Assembly: GCA_938004395.1 (NCBI GenBank)
Contig: CALKWC010000245.1
Span: 1 to 50,013, forward strand
DNA length: 50,013 nt
DNA from: an uncultured Marinilabiliales bacterium
GTDB lineage: Bacteria; Bacteroidota; Bacteroidia; Bacteroidales; BM523
Reading direction: 5' to 3'
Positions within the stretch are counted from its first letter, which is position 1, and each line of letters opens with the position of its first letter. Shown here in pieces: positions 19,609 to 29,042 of the stretch. A program made the position numbers and the translations under genes. The notes under the pieces are model-generated. The model was not told where the DNA came from. It saw only the letters and a program-made list of their open reading frames with translations, and did not search any database.

Positions 19609-20979
19609 ATGCCCGGTAAACAAAAAGAATTTCTTACAAGAGCAGAAAAAATTGCTTTTGACAAAGATCATCGACAACGTATCCGTTTTAATATGTCGAA
19701 GTATGATACTGCTGTTGCAAAAGGTAAAGAACAGTATTATAATTTAGATCTGGCAAAGGATAGGATTGCTTCCATTAAAAAAAAGGCTATATATAATCTG
19801 GATCAATATCTTGTACAGTTCGAGGAAAATTTTACAAAAACCGGAGGAACGGTTTTTTGGGCGCAGAATAGCAATCAGGCCGTAAATTATATACTGGATT
19901 TGGCAAAAAAGAATTCAGTAAAAACACTTGTTAAAAGCAAGTCGATGATTACTGAAGAAGTGGAACTCAATAAGCATCTGGAATCTGCAGGCATTGAATC
20001 TGTTGAAACTGATTTAGGAGAGTTCATTGTGCAGGTTGCAGAAGAAAAACCATACCATATTGTTACGCCTGCAATGCATAAATCAAAGCAAGATGTTGCA
20101 GATTTGTTTCATCGGAAATTTCAAACATCAAAAGATGCTTCAGCCGAAGATTTAACCCTTTTTGTTAGAGATCGCTTAAGAAATATTTTTAGAAATGCAG
20201 ACATGGGTGTTACAGGAGCAAACTTTATAGTTGCTAATGTGGGTGGAATTGCATTAACAGAGAATGAAGGCAATGCTTTTTTGTCTGTATCTTTTCCTAA
20301 AATTCATGTTGTTATTGCCGGTATTGAAAAAATTGTGCCTTCCGTAAAAGATATGGGATTTATTTGGCCCGTACTGGCCAGCCATGGAACAGGGCAGAAA
20401 ATTACTTCATATAATTCGTTGATTAGGGGACCAAAAAAGGATAATGAGCAGGATGGACCCGAAGAAATGCATGTTATTTTGTTGGACAATGGTAGAACTG
20501 ACCTTATAAAGGATGAAGAATTAATCGATTCATTAACTTGTATTCGATGTGGCGCTTGTCTTAATGCTTGTCCTGTTTATCGTAATATTGGCGGTTATAC
20601 ATATGATGCAACATATAGTGGACCTATAGGGTCCGTAATTTCTCCTCATTATAAGGGTTTTGCAGATTATAATCATTTAAGTTTTGCCTCTTCTTTGTGT
20701 GGCAGGTGTTCTGAAGTTTGTCCTGCGAAAATTGATTTGCACAATATGTTATTGGTGAATAGAAGGAAAGCTGTTGAACAAGGATTAACCAAGCGTGAAG
20801 AAAAAATGGTAATGAAAAACTGGGCTAAACTGATGACCAGTCGATCACTACTTAATTTTGGAAGTAATTTTAAAAATCTGGGATTGAAAACTTTTGCAAA
20901 AAAAGCATGGGGACCCAGAAGAGAGTTTCCTGCGTTTCCATCAAAATCATTTAATAAAATTTGGAAAAGGGGGAAATAA
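19609..20979 (+). CDS. LutB/YkgF-like iron-sulfur protein (LUD domain plus two 4Fe-4S ferredoxin-type motifs)
   Basis: The Cys clusters CIRCGACLNACPVY and CGRCSEVCPAKI are present, together with an N-terminal LUD-like region (VKSKSMITEEVELNKHLE...YHIVTPAMH). Confidence 0.75.
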   Translation: MPGKQKEFLTRAEKIAFDKDHRQRIRFNMSKYDTAVAKGKEQYYNLDLAKDRIASIKKKAIYNLDQYLVQFEENFTKTGGTVFWAQNSNQAVNYILDLAKKNSVKTLVKSKSMITEEVELNKHLESAGIESVETDLGEFIVQVAEEKPYHIVTPAMHKSKQDVADLFHRKFQTSKDASAEDLTLFVRDRLRNIFRNADMGVTGANFIVANVGGIALTENEGNAFLSVSFPKIHVVIAGIEKIVPSVKDMGFIWPVLASHGTGQKITSYNSLIRGPKKDNEQDGPEEMHVILLDNGRTDLIKDEELIDSLTCIRCGACLNACPVYRNIGGYTYDATYSGPIGSVISPHYKGFADYNHLSFASSLCGRCSEVCPAKIDLHNMLLVNRRKAVEQGLTKREEKMVMKNWAKLMTSRSLLNFGSNFKNLGLKTFAKKAWGPRREFPAFPSKSFNKIWKRGK

Positions 20980-21663
20980 TCAGCCTAATTCACTTATCTT
21001 AAGTAACTTTTCAATATTTAATATTTCTATATTCTTTCCTTTTGCATTGATAATACCTTCTTTACTGAATTTAGACAGTGTGTGAATTAAGTTGTCCTTT
21101 GAAATAGAAATTATTTCTGCCATTTCCTGTCTGGATAGTGTTAACACAAATTTATTGCTAGTGTATATCGTTTTGTATAGCAACAATAAAAGGTCGGCTA
21201 CCCTTCCATTAACATTTTTTGTGGCAAAAGAATACATCCCGTCAAAAAGCCCGTTAGCACTTGTACTTAGTACATTAAGCACATGCTCAGCAAAAGGAGG
21301 ATTTTTCTTGAAATAGTCCATGAAATCATGAATATCTATCATACAAACAACAGAATCTTCTATCGCAGTAGTAGAGAAGTGGTGTAATCTGTCGTCAAAT
21401 ACAGATGGTAAACCTATTGTGTGACCGTCTTTTACAACTTTAAAAATGATATTTTTCCTGTTTTTACCACCGTCGATATGCCATTTTACGAAACCAGATT
21501 GTAAGAAGTACATATGTGTAATGGGTGAACCTCTTTTACAGATTAATTCTCCTTTGGAAAAGTTTAGTTGAATTTTTGTTTTGCTGATATTCTGAATGTC
21601 TTTTTCGTTAATCCCGTTTAAACATTTTTTAAGATGAACACACTCAAAGCAATTCGTTTTCAT
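20980..21663 (-). CDS. Crp/Fnr family transcriptional regulator
   Basis: It has a cNMP-binding-like beta-roll (ICKRGSPITHMYFLQSGFVKWHI) and a C-terminal HTH (LSRQEMAEIISISKDNLIHTLSKFSKEGII). The N-terminus carries a Cys pair, CFECVHLKKC. Confidence 0.8.
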   Translation of the reverse strand: MKTNCFECVHLKKCLNGINEKDIQNISKTKIQLNFSKGELICKRGSPITHMYFLQSGFVKWHIDGGKNRKNIIFKVVKDGHTIGLPSVFDDRLHHFSTTAIEDSVVCMIDIHDFMDYFKKNPPFAEHVLNVLSTSANGLFDGMYSFATKNVNGRVADLLLLLYKTIYTSNKFVLTLSRQEMAEIISISKDNLIHTLSKFSKEGIINAKGKNIEILNIEKLLKISELG

Positions 21664-21939
21664 TATTTGTGCTGATAAATTATGGATGTAAAGATATTCT
21701 TTTACTTTTTATTTAACGATATATTTAATAGTATTTTATTAAAAGAACGCATTATTACTTATACATGAAAATAATTTGAAACTGTTTGTCATATTTTGGA
21801 AAAATGGCACTCCCCGGATAAAGTATATTTCAAATCCAATTATAGATGATTCGTCAAATATTTTATTATCAATTTATATTGTTTTTGAAAACACAGATTA
21901 TCTTTTTTAACTTCACACAAGAGCTACAACTTCATATTT

Positions 21940-23037
21940 ATGGATACAATAAAGAAGTTTACAATTTTCGGATTTTTATTTGGCTTATTTTTCATCTTTA
22001 TCGGTTTTTTTATTGAACTGGCTGCCCATGGTTTTAGTATTAGTTTTAACGGTATAATTGAGGTTTATAAAAATAGTCCTAGTTTGTATGTCGTTTCAAT
22101 GGCACCTTTTGTTTTAGGTGGTATGGGATATTTTCTGGGAAAACAAATTCAGCATACAAAAGTACAATATGAGGCAGTTCAGGCTTCTGATATACAAAGA
22201 ACAAATAGAATTCGTAATTATTCTGATCAGCTAATAAAAGGAAATCATGACGTTGAGCTTGATTTTGAGGATGATGAATTGGAAAAAATTCTGGGGAGTT
22301 TAAAGAATTATCTAAAGGAGAAGCAGATTTCAGATGAAAAAAGGCAAAAGGAAGATGAGCAAAGAAACTGGACAACAGCCGGTTTAGCAAAATTTGGAGA
22401 AATATTACGGAAGGATAATGATAACCTTGAAGCTTTATCTGATAATATTATTCGAAATCTTGTGAAATACCTTGGAGCAAATCAGGGAGGTATATTCATT
22501 TTAAGTGAGAATGAGAATGAACCCAAACTTTTCTTGCAAGCCTGTTATGCATATGATAGAAAAAAGTTTCTGGAGAAAACAATTTTACCCGGAGAGGGTT
22601 TGATTGGTATGTGTTATCTTGAAAAGGAAAGCATATTGATTACAGACATACCAGACGATTATATTAGCATTACATCAGGTTTGGGTGATGCAAATCCTAA
22701 CTCTGTAATTATTGTTCCTTTAAAGGTAAATGATGAAATATTTGGAGTGGTTGAAATGGCTTTCTTTTCAGAAGTTCAGCGATATATGGTCGAATTTGTT
22801 GAAAAAGTGGGTGAAAGTATTGCATCAACAATTTCAAGTGTTCGAATAAATCTTACAACATCACAGTTATTCGAGCAATCGCAACAGCAAGCTGAAGAGA
22901 TGAAAGCGCAGGAGGAAGAAATGCGTCAAAATCTGGAAGAAATGCTGGCAACTCAGGAAGAGAGCGCCCGACGCGAAGAAGAATTAAAGCAAAAGATTGC
23001 ATATCTGGAAGACAAACTGAAAAGGACGAATGAATAA
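21940..23037 (+). CDS. Membrane-anchored GAF-domain protein with a C-terminal coiled coil carrying the [12 protein letters not shown] motif
   Basis: There are two N-terminal TM segments. The GAF-like core [10 protein letters not shown]...[59 protein letters not shown] is paralogous to residues about 430-620 of the 23774-27205 product. Confidence 0.7.
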   Translation: MDTIKKFTIFGFLFGLFFIFIGFFIELAAHGFSISFNGIIEVYKNSPSLYVVSMAPFVLGGMGYFLGKQIQHTKVQYEAVQASDIQRTNRIRNYSDQLIKGNHDVELDFEDDELEKILGSLKNYLKEKQISDEKRQKEDEQRNWTTAGLAKFGEILRKDNDNLEALSDNIIRNLVKYLGANQGGIFILSENENEPKLFLQACYAYDRKKFLEKTILPGEGLIGMCYLEKESILITDIPDDYISITSGLGDANPNSVIIVPLKVNDEIFGVVEMAFFSEVQRYMVEFVEKVGESIASTISSVRINLTTSQLFEQSQQQAEEMKAQEEEMRQNLEEMLATQEESARREEELKQKIAYLEDKLKRTNE

Positions 23038-23620
23038 GAAATTTCAGGCATATTCAAATAATGTTGAAGTAAATGGAAACACTGTATTGAGTGTGGTTAG
23101 CGCAATGGAGGGATTTGAAGTTTATGCATTGGAAATACTTCGAAAAAATGGAATTGAGAATCTTTGTTCTGACTTATGGTATCCACAGCAATATTGGCTG
23201 AATGCATTTACTGAGATAGCAAATAGAATAGGTGAAAAAACCTTATATAATATTGGGATGAAAATACCGGATAATGCAATATTTCCAGATTCATTCGGGG
23301 GGCTGGAGGAGGCGCTAGAATCAATCAATATTGCATATCATATGAACCATAGGTATAAGGATGGTATGCTTTTGTACAACGAGAAATCAGGGGAGTGTGG
23401 AAAAGGTATTGGGCACTATCATTTATTGTCATTTCACCCTGAAGGAAAGGCACTTATGGAATGTAGAAATCCTTATCCCAGTAGTTTTGACAGGGGGATT
23501 ATCACATCCGTTGTCAGAAGGTTTCAAGGTTTAGAAAAAATGATTAAAGTTTATTTACATCCTGAGAAGAAGAATAGAACTAATGGGGGTGAATTTTGTC
23601 ATTTTGTAGTAGAATGGTAA
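23030..23620 (+). CDS. Conserved hypothetical small cytoplasmic protein (196 aa), paralogue of 27227-27772
   Basis: The start overlaps the upstream stop by 8 nt (ATGAATAA). It shares VEVNG.TVLSV..AM.GFE, W..QQ.WL.AF and EC.NPYPS.FD.GIITS.VR.F with the 27227 product. Confidence 0.65.
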   Translation: MNKKFQAYSNNVEVNGNTVLSVVSAMEGFEVYALEILRKNGIENLCSDLWYPQQYWLNAFTEIANRIGEKTLYNIGMKIPDNAIFPDSFGGLEEALESINIAYHMNHRYKDGMLLYNEKSGECGKGIGHYHLLSFHPEGKALMECRNPYPSSFDRGIITSVVRRFQGLEKMIKVYLHPEKKNRTNGGEFCHFVVEW

Positions 23621-23698
23621 CACTTTTTAATTGTGAAATTGCATTTAAAAAGATTAAATATATCTGTGTTCTATATAAGTATGTAATTACCTAATTTA

Positions 23699-23706
23699 TA
23701 ACTTTG
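23699..23706 (+). promoter_or_regulatory. Candidate -7 box TAACTTTG upstream of the large sensor gene
   Basis: It matches TAnnTTTG in the 153-nt gap after 23620. The frame of the sensor gene is open from 23720. Confidence 0.4.
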
Positions 23707-23773
23707 TTATTCAACCTGAAAACTAGGAGTAATTAAATTTCTTGATAAACTTAAGCTATCCTTTAGGATAGGT

Positions 23774-26700
23774 GTGTTGGCTGTGGCCTTGTTGCTTCTT
23801 ATTTTTTCAATACTGGGCGTATATTTCTATAACATTCAAAAGGATAGAATCATTGCTGATGTTGATACTCGAATGAACGAGCAGCTTCAGGATTTGGTAA
23901 ATATTATGCAATCGCAAATAGATGCCAATCAACAAAAGGTTAATCTATCTCTTGGTGTAGCTCATCATATATTGTACGGAAAGGGTGATATTTCTATTGA
24001 TGACAGTTTGAAAGTTGTATTATCTGCCATTAATCAGGAAACAAAAAGAGCACACGAAGTTGAAGTGAACCGTTGGTATCTTGAAGGAAAATCAATACAT
24101 GGAAGCTTCGACCTGGTTGATAAGATTAAATCTATGACTGTTGAGACAGCAACCATTTTTCAAAGAATTCCGGATGGTTTTCTGCGTATTTCAACAAATG
24201 TAATGAAGCAGGATGGTAGTCGTGCTGTTGGTACTTATATCCCCAATACGTCACCTGTAATTCAAACAGTATTGCAGGGAAAGACGTATTTTGGACGAGC
24301 ATTTGTAGTTAATGATTATTATTTAACAGCTTATGAACCCATTTATATTAATGGTGAAATACAGGGAATTCTGTATGTGGGCGTAAAGGAGAAGGATTAT
24401 ACAGCATTAAAAGAAATATTCAACAAAAAAGTATATTACAGCAGGGGTTATCCATTTATAATTAATAAAGAAGGAGACTTTGTAATCCATCCAACACTTG
24501 AGGGTAGCAATGTATCAAATAGTACATTTTTCAAACAGATTGTAGCTGCTGGAGGACATGGTAAGTCACGTTATTTATGGCCTGAGGATGACTCCGGAGA
24601 ATGGAAATGGCAGTATTTTACATACTTCGAACCTTTCGATTCTTACATATGCGTCTCCTTATACGAAGATGAAATTTTTAAGCAACTAAACGAAGTTAAA
24701 ATATCTATTCTTCTGGGGTTTATCATTTCAGCAATTTTATTCATTATTGGTATATATCTAATAATGAGGCCAGTATCCGGATTTATAAATCGAATACAAA
24801 GAATTATATCCAATATGTCTAAAGGAAAAATAGTGGATAAAATTGAAGTAGAGAGGAAAGATGAATTGGGTAGTATTGTTACTTCTTTGAATACCTTAAT
24901 TGAGGGTATAAATAACACAACACAATTTTCTAAGGAAATAGGAAGTGGCAATCTGGAATCAGAGTTTGTGCCTATGAGTGATGAGGATGTTCTCGGAAAT
25001 TCATTGCTTGATATGAGAAATAATCTTCAACTGGCAAAGGATGAAGAAGAAAAGAGGAAAAAGGAAGATATGGAGAGAAGCTGGGCTACAACTGGTCTGG
25101 CAAAGTTTGGCGATTTACTCAGGGAAAATAATGATAACATTGATGAGTTTGCATATAATATAATTTCTAATCTGGTTAAATATATGGATGCAAATCAGGG
25201 TGGAATATTCTTTATCAATGATGAAAATAAAGACGATGTTCACATTGAGCTGAAAGGCGCCTATGCTTTTGATCGGAAAAAGTTTATGGAGAAGAGAATT
25301 GAGTGGGGTGAAGGTTTGGTTGGACAATCCATATTAGAATCGGAAACAATATTTATGACGGATATACCTGACGAGTATATCAATATTACTTCTGGTTTAG
25401 GAGATGCAAATCCTTCAAGCTTGCTTATTGTTCCACTAAAATTAAATGATGAAGTATATGGCGCTATTGAACTTGCAGCGTTTAAGCCATTTGAAAAATT
25501 TCAAATAGAATTTGTCGAAAAGATTGGTGAAAGTATTGCCAGTACTTTATCAAGTGTAAAAGTAAATATTAGAACCGCACAGTTGTTGCATCAGTCTCAA
25601 CAGCAAGCTGAAGAGATGAAGGCACAGGAGGAAGAAATGCGTCAGAATATGGAAGAGCTTACGGCTACCCAGGAACAAATGCGCATTAAGGAATCAGAAC
25701 TTGAATCAGTTCTTGGAGCTGTTGATAATTCAATAGGAACATTTGAAATGGATTTGTCGGGCACCATTACTAAGGCAAACGAAAATTTCAGGAGTTTTAT
25801 CCAAAGAGAAAAGAATGAAGTAATTGGTCAAAAGCATAATACATTTCTTGATAAAGAAGAGTTTAAGCTGGCTAATTATAATCAGATGATTGAAGGATTG
25901 AGCAATGGGGTTCCATTTGATCAACAATCAAAATACAGTACACCAACCGGAAGCATTTGGTTGTATGAATCTTTTACTCCAATACAGGATGCTTCGGGAA
26001 GTTACTCCAAAGCACTGGCGTTGGTAATTGATATAAACGAATCTAAAGTTCTGGAAATATCTCTCAAGCAACAGAGTGAAGAATTACAAGCGCAGGAAGA
26101 AGAAATGCGGCAAAATCTTGAGGAGCTGGAAGCAACTCAGGAAGAATTCGGCAGACAACAAAAATTGGCAGAGGAGAACGAAGAGAAAGTTCGTGGTATA
26201 CTTAATGGTACCCAAGATGGTATCTTCACCCTGGTAGATGGAAAAATTGAAACTGTAAACCAGGCTGTTATGGATCTTTGCGGATATACCGAAGAAGAAC
26301 TTACAGGACAAGAGTATAAGATAATTTTTAAATTTCTGAAAGAGGAAAAAATACGATTTGGCGACAATATGCGTCAGAAAGCCTTACGTAAGGATGGCTC
26401 TAAATTTATGGCTGAAGTAATTGTAAACAAACTGAATCATGAAAATACATTATTGTTTTTCTTCAGGAATATTGACAATGTAGTGAAACAGGAACAAGAA
26501 CTTGTGCTTACACTGGAAAATTCTCAGAAGCTTGTGGAAGAGATGAAGCATAAGGAAGCAGAACTGAAGCAGCAAAACGAAGAAATGCAGGCGCAGGAAG
26601 AAGAAATGCGTCAGAATATGGAAGAACTGGTTGCTACACAGGAAGCAATGCATGCCAAAGAAAGCGAACTTGAGGCTGTTATCGGAGCTATTAACCATTC

Positions 26701-27205
26701 CATGGGAAGAGTTGAGTTGGACAAGGAGGGAAATATTACTGATGTAAATGATTTATTTGAAAAGCACATCAGGTTAAGCAAAGAAGAACTGATTGGTAAA
26801 AACCATAAAGATATTATTGATCCGGATGTTTACGATGAAGAGAAATTCGAAGCTTTATGGAATAATGTTCTCAGTGGAAAACCTTCCGATTGTCAAACGA
26901 AGTATTTGAACGATGAAGAACATATTTGGGGATTGGAATCCTTTACTCCTGTAAGTGATCAGTTGGGTGAAACCACTTCTGTTTTGCTCTTGGTTATGGA
27001 CATTAGTGAAGCAAAGAATGCTGAAAATGAGCTAAATAGAAATGCTCGTAAGCTAAAGAAAATGAACATCGAAATGAATGAGTTTAAGGAGGCAATGACA
27101 GAAGAGACTAAAGCTCAAACAGATATGCTTCAAGCGAAAATTGCACAAAAAGAGAAAGAGCTGGAAGAAGCATTAAAACAAATTGAAAAACTTAAGAAAA
27201 AGTAA
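23774..27205 (+). CDS. Large multi-domain sensor-like protein: TM, Cache_3-Cache_2-type periplasmic domain, TM, HAMP, GAF, then three PAS-like modules separated by coiled coils. No recognisable output domain.
   Basis: The Cache signature is ATIFQRIPDGFLRISTNVMKQDGSRAVGTYIPNTSPVIQTVLQGKTYFGRAFVVNDYYLTAYEPIYINGEIQGILYVGV. A HAMP-like segment follows the second TM. The GAF core is paralogous to that of 21940-23037. PAS-like blocks are present (FEMDLSGTITKANENF..., GIFTLVDGKIETVNQAV..., VELDKEGNITDVNDLF...). The start is uncertain: GTG at 23774 per the ORF track, with the frame open from 23720. Confidence 0.8.
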   Translation: MLAVALLLLIFSILGVYFYNIQKDRIIADVDTRMNEQLQDLVNIMQSQIDANQQKVNLSLGVAHHILYGKGDISIDDSLKVVLSAINQETKRAHEVEVNRWYLEGKSIHGSFDLVDKIKSMTVETATIFQRIPDGFLRISTNVMKQDGSRAVGTYIPNTSPVIQTVLQGKTYFGRAFVVNDYYLTAYEPIYINGEIQGILYVGVKEKDYTALKEIFNKKVYYSRGYPFIINKEGDFVIHPTLEGSNVSNSTFFKQIVAAGGHGKSRYLWPEDDSGEWKWQYFTYFEPFDSYICVSLYEDEIFKQLNEVKISILLGFIISAILFIIGIYLIMRPVSGFINRIQRIISNMSKGKIVDKIEVERKDELGSIVTSLNTLIEGINNTTQFSKEIGSGNLESEFVPMSDEDVLGNSLLDMRNNLQLAKDEEEKRKKEDMERSWATTGLAKFGDLLRENNDNIDEFAYNIISNLVKYMDANQGGIFFINDENKDDVHIELKGAYAFDRKKFMEKRIEWGEGLVGQSILESETIFMTDIPDEYINITSGLGDANPSSLLIVPLKLNDEVYGAIELAAFKPFEKFQIEFVEKIGESIASTLSSVKVNIRTAQLLHQSQQQAEEMKAQEEEMRQNMEELTATQEQMRIKESELESVLGAVDNSIGTFEMDLSGTITKANENFRSFIQREKNEVIGQKHNTFLDKEEFKLANYNQMIEGLSNGVPFDQQSKYSTPTGSIWLYESFTPIQDASGSYSKALALVIDINESKVLEISLKQQSEELQAQEEEMRQNLEELEATQEEFGRQQKLAEENEEKVRGILNGTQDGIFTLVDGKIETVNQAVMDLCGYTEEELTGQEYKIIFKFLKEEKIRFGDNMRQKALRKDGSKFMAEVIVNKLNHENTLLFFFRNIDNVVKQEQELVLTLENSQKLVEEMKHKEAELKQQNEEMQAQEEEMRQNMEELVATQEAMHAKESELEAVIGAINHSMGRVELDKEGNITDVNDLFEKHIRLSKEELIGKNHKDIIDPDVYDEEKFEALWNNVLSGKPSDCQTKYLNDEEHIWGLESFTPVSDQLGETTSVLLLVMDISEAKNAENELNRNARKLKKMNIEMNEFKEAMTEETKAQTDMLQAKIAQKEKELEEALKQIEKLKKK

Positions 27206-27226
27206 TAACCTTAAAATTATAACACT

Positions 27227-27772
27227 ATGGCAGAATTTAAATCATTCGACAAAAATGTAGAGGTTAATGGCCCTACTGTATTATCTGTTATCAATGCTAT
27301 GAAAGGCTTTGAAGCAATTGCTGATGAAATTCTTAAAGAAAACGGAATTGAAAATCCAGCTGAAGATACCTGGCATAATCAGCAAGCTTGGCTAAGTGCA
27401 TTTGAAAAAATAGGTGAGAAATTGGGCTCAAACACATTGTTTCTAATTGGTAAAGCAATTCCTGAGAATGCACAGTTTCCTCCGGAAATTGACAATCTTG
27501 AGAAAGGATTGGCATCCATTGATATGGCATACCAAATGAATCATCGTGGTGGCGATATCGGATATTACAAACTGGTTTCATTTGATGGAAAAAACAGAAA
27601 AGCAGTTATGGAATGTAAAAATCCATATCCAAGCGATTTTGATAAAGGAATTATTACGTCAATTGTAAGAAAATTTGGTCCGGACGATGCTGCTGAAGAG
27701 GTTGTTCTGGATGATAGCAAACCAACAAGAAAAAATGGTGCAGACTCATGTACTTATCAAATAGAATGGTAA
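27227..27772 (+). CDS. Conserved hypothetical small cytoplasmic protein (181 aa), paralogue of 23030-23620
   Basis: By eye it is about half identical to the 23030 product along the full length. It lies 21 nt downstream of the sensor gene. Confidence 0.65.
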   Translation: MAEFKSFDKNVEVNGPTVLSVINAMKGFEAIADEILKENGIENPAEDTWHNQQAWLSAFEKIGEKLGSNTLFLIGKAIPENAQFPPEIDNLEKGLASIDMAYQMNHRGGDIGYYKLVSFDGKNRKAVMECKNPYPSDFDKGIITSIVRKFGPDDAAEEVVLDDSKPTRKNGADSCTYQIEW

Positions 27773-27787
27773 TTTAAAAAATTTATT

Positions 27788-28303
27788 ATGGCAGAGGTTA
27801 AAGGAAAATTTATAACATTAACATGTATGTTAATGCAAAATAACCCAGAGGTTCTTAAGAAGGCAGATGAATACCTCGAAGACGAAACTGGTTGTACACA
27901 TATGGAGTTGGATCCGGAAGAGTTTTACGATACAAAGCTCTGGGATACAACAATGACGATATATTCTGAGGCTCATGATGATCCAAAACAGGCAATAATT
28001 AACCTTGGGAAAAGAGTATATCCTACCATTAAACGAACAGCAGGAATGCCTCCTCATTTAAAAACACCTCTTGATTTTGTTCGTTTTGAAGCCGAAGGAT
28101 ATTTGGCAAATCATAATGGTGATGATGTTATACCAAGAAAAATTATCAACGAGAGTGAAAAGGAAATCACGATGTACGCACCAGCTCCTGGTTATAATGA
28201 GCATTTGTATATTGGTGTATGGTTGGGAATTTTGGAAATGATTGGAATCAACACAGGACAGGTTGATGAACTAGGCGATTCTACATACCGGATTTATTGG
28301 TAG
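27788..28303 (+). CDS. Hypothetical small cytoplasmic protein (171 aa), possibly distantly related to the two preceding paralogues
   Basis: It lies 15 nt downstream of 27772. It is similar in size, has the same MAE.K N-terminus and ends in an aromatic tail (YRIYW versus YQIEW / FVVEW). I recognise no family. Confidence 0.55.
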   Translation: MAEVKGKFITLTCMLMQNNPEVLKKADEYLEDETGCTHMELDPEEFYDTKLWDTTMTIYSEAHDDPKQAIINLGKRVYPTIKRTAGMPPHLKTPLDFVRFEAEGYLANHNGDDVIPRKIINESEKEITMYAPAPGYNEHLYIGVWLGILEMIGINTGQVDELGDSTYRIYW

Positions 28304-28321
28304 TATGTATAAGTTTATTAG

Positions 28322-28364
28322 AAACCCTGGTAGTTTATTTCGAACAATTGCCAGGGTTTTTTTT
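28322..28364 (+). terminator. Rho-independent-type terminator for the plus-strand sensor operon; it overlaps the 3-prime end of the convergent ispD
   Basis: The stem aaaccctgg (28322-28330) pairs with ccagggttt (28351-28359) and runs directly into an 8-T run (28357-28364). Confidence 0.5.
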
Positions 28365-29030
28365 GTACAGTATCCTGAACAATTCTAAATCAACTGGTGT
28401 TGTAATTTTTATGTTCTCATCATTTCCCGGGTAAGTATAAATGGGATTACCTGCTTTTTCAAAAACACTGGCATCATCTGTAAATTCATTCGAAAAATCC
28501 TGTTTATATGCGCTTATTAATTTTTGTGCATTAAAAACCTGTGGTGTTTGAACAATTTTGTATTCCGATCTGTTTACCTGCATATTTGCAGAGTCAGTAT
28601 GCTTTCTTAAAGACTCTTTAAGATCAGTAACTGGAATAGCCGATCCTTTTTTACTTGCCATTTCAAATCCCATTGTAATTGTTTGCTTTGAAACCAATGG
28701 CCTTACGCTATCATGAACTGCAATTGTTCCTTCTGGCTTACATGCGCTTAATGCAGATTTTACAGAATGAAATCTGGTTTTCCCTCCCTTTGCTAAAGAA
28801 TGAGGAAATGTAAATGAATGTGCTTTACATAGCCTTTCCCATCTTTCAAACTCATTGGCAGGAAGTGCAATTATCAATTGAATATTGTTATATACTCTTG
28901 TAAAACAATCAATGGTATGAAAAATAATAGGTATTCCATCGATTTCAATAAATTGCTTTGGAATGGCAGATTTCATCCTGGTTCCGCTTCCTCCCGCTAC
29001 AATAATTAATGTTTTTGCTTCAGTATTCAC
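28335..29030 (-). CDS. ispD: 2-C-methyl-D-erythritol 4-phosphate cytidylyltransferase
   Basis: LIIVAGGSGTRMKSAIPKQFIEIDGIPII is the IspD N-terminal signature. VHDSVRP and VQTPQVF are also present. Confidence 0.9.
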   Translation of the reverse strand: MNTEAKTLIIVAGGSGTRMKSAIPKQFIEIDGIPIIFHTIDCFTRVYNNIQLIIALPANEFERWERLCKAHSFTFPHSLAKGGKTRFHSVKSALSACKPEGTIAVHDSVRPLVSKQTITMGFEMASKKGSAIPVTDLKESLRKHTDSANMQVNRSEYKIVQTPQVFNAQKLISAYKQDFSNEFTDDASVFEKAGNPIYTYPGNDENIKITTPVDLELFRILYKKNPGNCSK

Positions 29031-29042
29031 TTGAAAAATGGT

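Noticed and set aside
21664-21939. Crp/Fnr operator in the divergent promoter region (for example tgattcgtca near 21848)
   Set aside because: Only weak partial palindromes are present, and none is close to TTGAT-N4-ATCAA or TGTGA-N6-TCACA. I cannot support a call without a motif model.
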